In this document: positions 1 through 7,366 of the stretch, piece by piece
Layout: each line of letters starts with the position of its first letter
Position numbering within the stretch: position 1 is the stretch's first letter
NCBI GenBank assembly: GCA_045105515.1
Contig: JBGCDR010000377.1
Coordinates: 1 to 14,978 of the forward strand
Direction: 5' to 3'
From: Oligoflexales bacterium
GTDB lineage: Bacteria; Bdellovibrionota_B; Oligoflexia; Oligoflexales; Bog-1112
Length of the DNA stretch: 14,978 nucleotides
Notes under the pieces: generated by a model
The model's database searches: none
Seen by the model: the letters and a program-made list of their open reading frames with translations, nothing else
Told to the model about the DNA's origin: nothing
Program-made: the position numbers and the translations under genes

Positions 1-374
1 AAATGGCAAGTAAAGTTAGGTCAACTCAAGGATTATCTTTGCACATCTTCGGTAGACTAGCTGCTGGAATGCTGATGAGAATTTTACCAAGTGCCTAAAT
101 CGGCCTATACCAGGAGTTTCAACTGTTGATTGGCATTGAAGATCAGAGCAGTAAAAATTATCAAAATAGTTGGTACAAGAAGAATTTTTTAGATCCGGCA
201 TGGAAAAAATATTCTGAAAGCCAGAATGATTTAAGCAAAATTATGAAGAGTGCAGAGACGGCCGCTGTGATAGACCATACTGGGTGGTTAAAAATATTCT
301 ACCGTTTGGGTCTTGTTAGCTTGTTGATGCTCATAACACACCGAGCTTTGAATCAGATTTGTGTCAAAACTTAA
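1..374 (+). pseudogene. Possible 3' remnant of a frameshifted or degraded CDS of unknown product, converging on the WYL gene
   Basis: ORF 126..374 has only a TTG start and no clear RBS. Protein-like reading appears to hop frames: KWQVKLGQLKDYLCTSSVD* (1-60), SCWNADENFTKCLNRPIPGVSTVDWH* (59-139), then EDQSSKNYQNSWYKKNFLDPAWKKY... to 374. No family recognised. Confidence 0.25.
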
Positions 375-383
375 AATTACATA

Positions 384-1421
384 CTACCCATTTTTTTGTA
401 GAATCATTTGCACTTTCTTCTGAATTCCTTCCTTCAATTCTGGTGGTGATAATATTTCAACCTGATCACAGAGTGGTAATACCCAAGAAGTAACTTCCCT
501 TAGATCAGAGACCTGCATCTGAAACTGTTCCTTGCCTTCGACCTCGACATATTGTTCATGACCTGTCCACCTGCGATCATGCAAGTAATTGCGAACCCAA
601 CTTGTTTTTTCGTACTCAAGGATTACTTTGTTGGTCTTGTCCGTAGTTCTTATAAACCCGAAGTCTCCATCGAAATGATCTGAAGGGTCAAAGTCATGAG
701 GGTACTTGAAATTTTTTCCCCGTAAACTCTTTGCTGAAATAAGTTTCTCCAAAGCAAAGGAATAGACTTTTTTTGGATCATTCTGGATCTTAAATCTGCA
801 AAGTAGGTACAAACCAGTATTAAACATAACCAAGCTCAAAGGCATCACAACATCTGATTTTTCAGCTGATTTGCTGCGAAATTTTATTTCCAACATCTGT
901 TCTTTAAGTAGTGCATCATAGGTTTCTTCTAAAATGGCGGAGCGATTGGGAAGGTCATATCTTTTGGAGCCTTTACTGAAACAATAGAATTTTTTCTCAG
1001 TTCGATCGAAATGCCGCTTTGCTGAATCCTTTAAATCAGAATACCAATTTTTGTATAAGGGATTGAATTCGTCGTGAAGGATAGTATCCTTCAAGGTTTG
1101 GAGCATCTGCATGAGGGCTGGCATGACAGCCATTTGTTCGACTCTGCCAGTTTGAATGGATTTATCAACTAGCTTAAGAAATCGACCTTCGCCGCGTTGC
1201 TTGGGCTTGCCATCTGAATCAACGACCTCAAACAAAGGGGTTTGGTTACGTCTGGCCCAAACATCATTCAACAATGCTCTCATGGGTCGGGAGGTTCTTT
1301 CGTCACCCCATTCCTCTCGGTCCTGGTAACTTGCTAAGTCTATTGGCCTTTTAGAGTTTAGTAGATCAATTATTAAATGAATCAGCCATTCTTTTGGATT
1401 AATTGAAACTTTTTAGCTCAT
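384..1421 (-). CDS. WYL/WCX-domain transcriptional regulator (BrxR/CapW/PafBC/YafY-like). Open ORF is 384..1283; the probable original start at 1421 is followed by a premature TAA (1415-1413)
   Basis: WYL-domain pattern 'VVMPLSLVMFNTGLYLLC...VYSFALEKLISA' and 'YPHDFDPSDHFDGDFG'; WCX-type tail 'VTSWVLPLCDQVEILSPPELKEGI'. The frame stays open 43 codons upstream of ATG 1283 (KVSINPKEWLIHLIIDLLNSKRPIDLASYQDREEWGDERTSRP, wHTH-like) up to ATG-AGC-TAA at 1421-1413. Confidence 0.85.
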
Positions 1422-1794
1422 ATATTTAGAACCTTAGACATGATAACTGCATCTAGGTGACAGCAAGCTTTTCAGTCTAAATGGTCATATTATATCAAGT
1501 CACTTCCAAAGTGGACCAAAAAATCGCAACTTATTAAAAATAATGGAGGTTTTGGCCGCCCATTCAAAAAGAATGTTCCAACGTAAAGTAGCTAGGCGTG
1601 TGGCCTGTGTTCTTAAAACCTTGAAGTTCATCCCTCTAATATTACGATGCATATTAAATGCGCTAATATTTTAATATACTCTATTCCTTTTTAAAGTTGC
1701 CTTATGCTTCCAAGAAAGTTATGAAGAAAATGCATAATTAATGAGCACCTTCTGATTTCAGTATCAGTAAGAGATTTATGTTTGGGGTAACAAA

Positions 1795-3219
1795 GTGAGC
1801 GAAATAGGTACGGAGAATATTTTGGCTTTCAGAGCGCCAAACCCACCTCCTCACCATTTTAAGAAGCCTATTCCGACGACCACACCAGAGGTGACTGATG
1901 GCGGTATAAGCGAGCCAAAGACTCCGATTTATGACAAGATAATTCAAGAGCATGAAAAACTTAGCAAACTTTCAAAATATAAATGTGATTTTGATTTCAC
2001 CATATACGAGAATTTAGAGAAACGATTTGCCAAGAAACCTCCCAGAGGCGGGATCTTATATAATAGCCAGTTTAAGCTAATTAACCACCACAGTTCCTGC
2101 CAAGAATGTCTATATGCGTTCATGATCGATACATACGGACGAGGTTGTGTTCACAATTGTGGATACTGCTACGCCAGATCTGAGCTAGTTGTACACGGTT
2201 ATTGGAACAATCCCATTCCAATGCCAATAAATATTAATGACGTCAGAAAGATTTTCTACACCGTATTTGAAACAGAAAAGCGGTCCAAGTGGCGACAAAT
2301 CATTGAAAAACGAATTCCACTAAGAATCGGACATGCCAGCGATTCCTTCATGTGGGCAGATCAAAAATACAAAGTAGGGCTAGAATTATTAAAGATACTA
2401 AAATACTATAAGTATCCATATGTAATTGCAACGCGTTCAGACTTGATATCTCATGATGATTATATTGATGCCCTTGACCCGAATCTAGCTGCGGTGCAAA
2501 TGTCACTCGCTTCAACTAACGAAGAGATGAATAAACTAATTGAGCCAGGAGCACCTTCGGCGAAAAGACGTTTATCTTCTCTGCAAAAATTGGTAAAGCA
2601 TGGCTTTTGGACAACCGTCCGACTGAATCCTCTATTCCCAATTTACCCTGATCATTATTTTACAGATCCTGGAAGTATGTCTATGGACAAGAAGGATTTG
2701 AAATTAGATATTTTTAACTGGAACATGATTGCTGAGATCGCGTCATATGACATCCCATCATTGTTGGCGGGATTCGGTAGGTTTTCACCTTACGCAATGA
2801 ACGTTATGAGTAAATCGTTGGATGTCGATCTTCGCAATTTCTTCGATGGAAAGAAATTTCAAGTTTCCCGAGATTATCATTTTTCTGACGAGGAAATCAG
2901 ATACTACTACACAAAAATTAGAGATCTATGCCGACAAAATGGAATTGAATTCACAACATGCTATATCGGCAACGGAGAGTCCCATTTTTGGAAAGACCAA
3001 GATCTATGGGATAACAAAAAGGACTGTTGTAATGCTAAAAATCGTATTAAAGGTTTCGTTACAGATTCTCAGGAGGTTCCATTTTCAGTAAGACAAAAGT
3101 TCAACACTAAAGGCAAAGGCAAAGGCAAAGGCAACAAAAGTATGCCAGAGCGAGATAAAATTAACATATCTAAGCTAATTCCAGATACAATCGATACCAA
3201 CCCATTTTTGCAGAGTTAA
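1795..3219 (+). CDS. Radical SAM enzyme, spore-photoproduct-lyase (SPL)-like family; substrate unknown
   Basis: CxxxCxxC motif in 'IDTYGRGCVHNCGYCYAR'. SPL-like downstream motifs 'IPLRIGHASDSF', 'IATRSDLI', 'IEPGAPSAKRRLSSLQKL', 'TTVRLNPLFP'. Extra Cys at CQEC, TTC and DCC. GTG start preceded by GGGG; the exact start is uncertain. Confidence 0.88.
   Translation: MSEIGTENILAFRAPNPPPHHFKKPIPTTTPEVTDGGISEPKTPIYDKIIQEHEKLSKLSKYKCDFDFTIYENLEKRFAKKPPRGGILYNSQFKLINHHSSCQECLYAFMIDTYGRGCVHNCGYCYARSELVVHGYWNNPIPMPININDVRKIFYTVFETEKRSKWRQIIEKRIPLRIGHASDSFMWADQKYKVGLELLKILKYYKYPYVIATRSDLISHDDYIDALDPNLAAVQMSLASTNEEMNKLIEPGAPSAKRRLSSLQKLVKHGFWTTVRLNPLFPIYPDHYFTDPGSMSMDKKDLKLDIFNWNMIAEIASYDIPSLLAGFGRFSPYAMNVMSKSLDVDLRNFFDGKKFQVSRDYHFSDEEIRYYYTKIRDLCRQNGIEFTTCYIGNGESHFWKDQDLWDNKKDCCNAKNRIKGFVTDSQEVPFSVRQKFNTKGKGKGKGNKSMPERDKINISKLIPDTIDTNPFLQS
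3109..3132 (+). repeat. In-frame hexanucleotide tandem repeat (AAAGGC)x4 encoding KGKGKGKG
   Basis: Directly visible as aaaggc aaaggc aaaggc aaaggc in the C-terminal tail of the radical SAM gene. Confidence 0.9.
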
Positions 3220-3635
3220 TGAACAAAAATCCATCCGAAACTAAATATTGCGCCATAAATATTCAGTATCCTATGTCGCAGTTAATTCTATCTGGAAAGA
3301 AAACGATCGAAACTAGGAAATACCCAATTCCTGAACAATATATTGGAAAAGAACTTCTCATCATAGAGACGCCAGGAAAAAACGGTAAATTCAAAGCGCG
3401 TATTGTCGGGAAAGTCATTTTTGGAGCTTCATTTGAATATGAGGCTAAAAAAGCATTCTACGAGGATCAGAAACGGCACTGCGTGACTAAAGACTCAATT
3501 TGGGCATGGAAGTCCGATTCTGCTAAGTTCGGCTGGCCTGTCGAAAAAATCGAGTTATTTCCGTCCCCTTTACCTGCCCCTGTAAAAAAGGGTATTAAAT
3601 TCACAAAAAATGTAACTCTGCCACAACTCGAATAG
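3219..3635 (+). CDS. ASCH-domain (PUA-like superfamily) protein
   Basis: Signature 'AINIQYPMSQLILSGKKTIETR' (GxKxxExR), followed by 'IGKELLII', 'IVGKVIF' and 'FGW...PLPAPVKKG'. Start overlaps the upstream stop (TAATG, 3217-3221). Confidence 0.9.
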   Translation: MNKNPSETKYCAINIQYPMSQLILSGKKTIETRKYPIPEQYIGKELLIIETPGKNGKFKARIVGKVIFGASFEYEAKKAFYEDQKRHCVTKDSIWAWKSDSAKFGWPVEKIELFPSPLPAPVKKGIKFTKNVTLPQLE

Positions 3636-3647
3636 TGATTAGTGTAT

Positions 3648-6600
3648 TTAAGCAGCTCTGGTTTCAGAAGAAGAACTTGCAGCAAGATTGACAATGTCAT
3701 CTACATCTTTCACAAGTGTCAAGATTTTCTTGATTTCGGGCTTTGTAGATTTCTTCATTTCCATAGCTCTTTTAACTTCCGACGCCTTGAATTTCTTCAA
3801 ACACTCTTCAACACCCTTAGCTATTCGCTCATACAACATTACCAGCTTTGCCCTTATCGCCTCATCATCTATCAATACTTTCGGAACAGGAAGCTTCTTT
3901 AGTTGTGGAGGACCAATTCTCAAAGCATCACCATTCATGTGCAAGCTTGAAAACTTTTGTCGATATAATTTTGTAGCTAGATCACTATTAATGAAGCAAG
4001 CCAACACTTCCAACTCTACCTTCGCATCCGAAAGTATGGAGGTCGACTTTGCAGGTGTATGAGCACCATCATCGAAAAACGCTTTTAAAGTTTTTGTCAT
4101 ATTTGGTACTACAATTTTTTTAACCTCATATTGCTTTCTCCTCTTTTCAGGAATTTTCTTGTTACTTAGATCAAAGAATGCCTTCTCGTAGCCATTGCCT
4201 AAATATTGCGTTTTTTGGTAACCCCATGTTGTCCCGAAATTGATCACATTACCGCTAACAATAAACTTCATACTACTCTTTGACTTTGTTCCGCTAACTG
4301 CTTCAGCAAACTCATATGCCTCAGCGACAGTTGCAGCTCCATTAATTTGACACAAATCTCCCAAAGGAATTGATTCGAAGTTATCAAACTGACCCTCTGA
4401 AAGAAGAAGTGCCAGCCAATCATCTCTATCATGGATTAATTCTTTCTCAACTCGATTAAGCAATAGATCAAATCTTTTTTCGTGAATTCTAACTCTTACA
4501 GCTTCTTTTTCTTCTGAAGCAAAGATCAGTACGAGAGGATAAACTGAGGCCGATTCAAATACATTAAGGTGACTAATATCTTCAATTGACTCAATATAAA
4601 TGTTCTTCGAACTGAGAATATAATCGCGCATGCCTTCCGCGTTCTCACTACTAATCAACTTATTGGGCAGCACAAAGCCAAAGCGACAATTTTTACTCCT
4701 AGCTTTGTCGCAAGCTTCCAAGAATAGAGCGCACAAGTCAAATGCTCCTTTCGCGCTTTCATACTTTTCCTTTAGTCGATCTTTGTATTCAGGTTTTTCT
4801 GAAAGGATAACCGAATTTACATAAGGAGGATTACCAACATATGCATTGACTTTCCAGCAAGATTCTTCAGGAATCCAGAATAACGCATCCTCAATAAATA
4901 ACTGATCATCAAGCCTTTCTAACTTTTTCCCTGCGTATGCACTTTGTATCCATAGATTCATCTTGGTCAATTTTACAGCACGGGGATTGATGTCGACACC
5001 AAGAATGCATGAATCAAGAACTTTACGAGCGCTTTCCTCAACTGTTTCATCTATATCATCCATCAGCTCGTCAGATTTTTTTTCTCGGTACTTCGATGTT
5101 AGGTAATTTACAACTGCATTAAGAAAATGACCAGACCCCATCGCTGGGTCGCAAACCTTAAACTTTAGGACTTCACCAGAAGAGAGATAATTTACAATTG
5201 GCGACAATGTTTCATCGACAATATAATCGACTACATAATCTGGTGTATAATAAGAACCGGTAACTTTTCTATCTTCATTGTCCGGAGTAAAAAATAATTG
5301 TCCTTTGCGCACCATGCATGACCCATCTAGTTTCAGACTCGCCACTTTTTGTGAACTTAGATTCGCAACTTTCCACTGTTTTTTGTGATAAACCATATCT
5401 GATTCTGCGACATCAAGCTTAAATTCGAGGAAACTTTCGTAGATTTCACCTAATTGGCGCGGCGTAAAGTTATTATAGGGAATCTGCTGAAAGGTCCTCG
5501 ATCTATACTCACTTTTTGTAAATCCTAATGAAAATAAGATACACAACATCCCTTTGTTATCGATCTTGTTTACTTTCGCAAATTTCCATTCATCTTTACC
5601 GAAAACTGACTCTTTGAAACCATGGACTTCGAACCCCATGTCACCTTTGTGTATGATGCCGTAAAGTCTTAAGAGTCTATCGTAAATCTCAGTGGATTTC
5701 GGTGAGAAGTCCTCTCCCCAAATACTTTTAAATCGAGAATCATATGCACCTTCTAGCATTTTCTCTGGTTCAAACTGAAGGAAATCTAGCGTATCAAATA
5801 TTTCTGTTAATGATAACTTGTAGTATTTGGTGGAGTGAATTGGAAGGATTTTACGAGTTTCGCATGATCTTACAAACAAGATATTAAACAGATGACTCTC
5901 CGCAACATCTCGAATTAAAATCAAGGTTTCTTTATCTCTCTCCTTGACGCATGCTGCAATAGAGTTGACAGCATGTCCCATTGCATCAACAAATTTAATC
6001 TTTAAGTTTTCGCTAATTTTAGCTGCGTATTTTTTGCTGTAGTCCAAGATTTCATGAACAATCGGTATATGAGTTCCATCACCCTTAATGCCCCACTTAC
6101 TGAAAAGGTAAAAGAAATACTTCGCTTCTTCGTTTACTCTCTTTCGAATAGTGTTTGATTGGTCAATTTTTCCAATATCTAAAATCAGATTTCCGAGATC
6201 AAATTCAAAATATCTTTTTACATCACCTCTAGAAATTTCATTATGAAATAGCCTCCAAGTCTTTCCATCAGATAATATTCCGAAATCGTCTTGTGTTATT
6301 TCCATATATTTTAAAATTTGCTCATCTGGAGAAAGTGACAAAGTACCGTCATCACCCTTTGTGTCGCACTTTTTCTTATTTCCCTTCGTATTCCCTAAAA
6401 CATACTCCTGCAATCTATCCCAATATTTAGCTTCAAGAACAATCTGTGACCCAGTAACTTTGTTTCGTACTTCATTTAACCTTTCATGATGCTCGGTCTT
6501 CGATGTAGTGAATTTCTTAAACTCTTGTTTCTCAACATAGATTAAGTCTGGCCTATAGTTCTTTTTTCTTCCATTCTCTGAGATCGTAAATGACAACTCT

Positions 6601-6908
6601 TCTATTATAGGGCTTTGGTTTTTGGTGCATTCATTCTCCCACCCAAGCAAGCGCATGACAGGAATAATCCAGTTCCGGATCGTATCAGACTCGCTCCAAT
6701 TTTCTTTACGCTCCTTTTCGGTATCTTTTACAAGATCAATCAACCCTTTTAAGAAATCATAAAATGGTCCAATTTCATCCGTTTCCCAAATATCTTTGTA
6801 TTTTCTTGGAACGTCATTCTTAAGGTATACATCATTAAATAATGAACTGGACCAATACGGATTTGGACCGTACAAGTTGTTACTCAATGGTGAGTTAAGC
6901 TTAGACAT
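3648..6908 (-). CDS. Fused restriction endonuclease-N6-adenine methyltransferase (Type IIG/IIL, Eco57I-like architecture) with a C-terminal target-recognition domain
   Basis: N-terminal PD-(D/E)xK nuclease pattern 'ESDT...RPDL...VLEAK' and 'GILSDGKTWRLF'. Gamma-class MTase motifs: 'LGEIYESFL', GSYYTP (5258-5241), DPAMGSGHFL (5150-5121), GVDINP, NPPY (4832-4821). TaqI_C-like TRD 'KKIVVPNM...LACFINS...QLKKLPVP'. Confidence 0.9.
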   Translation of the reverse strand: MSKLNSPLSNNLYGPNPYWSSSLFNDVYLKNDVPRKYKDIWETDEIGPFYDFLKGLIDLVKDTEKERKENWSESDTIRNWIIPVMRLLGWENECTKNQSPIIEELSFTISENGRKKNYRPDLIYVEKQEFKKFTTSKTEHHERLNEVRNKVTGSQIVLEAKYWDRLQEYVLGNTKGNKKKCDTKGDDGTLSLSPDEQILKYMEITQDDFGILSDGKTWRLFHNEISRGDVKRYFEFDLGNLILDIGKIDQSNTIRKRVNEEAKYFFYLFSKWGIKGDGTHIPIVHEILDYSKKYAAKISENLKIKFVDAMGHAVNSIAACVKERDKETLILIRDVAESHLFNILFVRSCETRKILPIHSTKYYKLSLTEIFDTLDFLQFEPEKMLEGAYDSRFKSIWGEDFSPKSTEIYDRLLRLYGIIHKGDMGFEVHGFKESVFGKDEWKFAKVNKIDNKGMLCILFSLGFTKSEYRSRTFQQIPYNNFTPRQLGEIYESFLEFKLDVAESDMVYHKKQWKVANLSSQKVASLKLDGSCMVRKGQLFFTPDNEDRKVTGSYYTPDYVVDYIVDETLSPIVNYLSSGEVLKFKVCDPAMGSGHFLNAVVNYLTSKYREKKSDELMDDIDETVEESARKVLDSCILGVDINPRAVKLTKMNLWIQSAYAGKKLERLDDQLFIEDALFWIPEESCWKVNAYVGNPPYVNSVILSEKPEYKDRLKEKYESAKGAFDLCALFLEACDKARSKNCRFGFVLPNKLISSENAEGMRDYILSSKNIYIESIEDISHLNVFESASVYPLVLIFASEEKEAVRVRIHEKRFDLLLNRVEKELIHDRDDWLALLLSEGQFDNFESIPLGDLCQINGAATVAEAYEFAEAVSGTKSKSSMKFIVSGNVINFGTTWGYQKTQYLGNGYEKAFFDLSNKKIPEKRRKQYEVKKIVVPNMTKTLKAFFDDGAHTPAKSTSILSDAKVELEVLACFINSDLATKLYRQKFSSLHMNGDALRIGPPQLKKLPVPKVLIDDEAIRAKLVMLYERIAKGVEECLKKFKASEVKRAMEMKKSTKPEIKKILTLVKDVDDIVNLAASSSSETRAA

Positions 6909-6920
6909 AGAAGACTCGTT

Positions 6921-7160
6921 CTACAATTCTTTTACTTGATCTACACGCTTAGAAAATAAGTTCTCGTAAAAGCGCAATTTCACCGTTTTTCCTGCTACAA
7001 GGTTTTTCTTGATCCTTTTACCTGTTGTCTCCGTTAGATCTGTTTTCGGCACTATTATGGAATAGTGGACATAATGCGATTCTCCTGCCTCATCTAAGAT
7101 CATTCCTTCCCCAGAAGACTTATCAAACCACTGCACTTTGCCTTTTAGCCACTTGGACAT
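6921..7160 (-). CDS. Cold-shock-domain (OB-fold) nucleic-acid-binding protein, 79 aa
   Basis: 'KGKVQWFDKSSGEGMI' (RNP1-like) and 'HYVHYSII' (RNP2-like). GGAGG Shine-Dalgarno 4 nt before ATG 7160, so this start is preferred over 7181. Confidence 0.88.
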   Translation of the reverse strand: MSKWLKGKVQWFDKSSGEGMILDEAGESHYVHYSIIVPKTDLTETTGKRIKKNLVAGKTVKLRFYENLFSKRVDQVKEL

Positions 7161-7205
7161 ACTTCCTCCCCTAGGTGTCATTACTGTTTAACTATCTATC
7201 GGCGA

Positions 7206-7238
7206 GCAAACTTCTCACTCAAGAGGCAAACTTTTCAC
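7206..7238. repeat. 13-bp direct repeat GCAAACTTYTCAC with 20-bp period in the divergent promoter region
   Basis: gcaaacttctcac (7206-7218) and gcaaacttttcac (7226-7238), 12/13 identical. Confidence 0.6.
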
Positions 7239-7366
7239 ATCACCTAACACCATGTATTTATGATTAGTTTTACGTTTCTTGTAATTTAAACAACTAAAGA
7301 AGTTCGTATAGTGATCCGACATGACAAGGCCAAACCGGGTAAAAATGTTTTCTTGGGGGGTAGGCG

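Noticed and set aside
1413..1415. Stop-codon reassignment explaining the in-frame TAA
   Set aside because: TAA, TAG and TGA all terminate well-supported genes in this window (TAA for the radical SAM and RM genes), so the standard code applies.
1543..1674. 43-codon plus-strand ORF (MEVLAAHSKRMFQ...) in the WYL/radical SAM intergenic region
   Set aside because: No SD upstream and no recognisable features; probably chance, though a leader peptide cannot be excluded.
1795..3219. Prokaryotic viperin or QueE (7-deazaguanine pathway)
   Set aside because: Motifs and length fit the SPL-like group rather than viperin or QueE, and no queC/queD/folE/dpdA genes are nearby.
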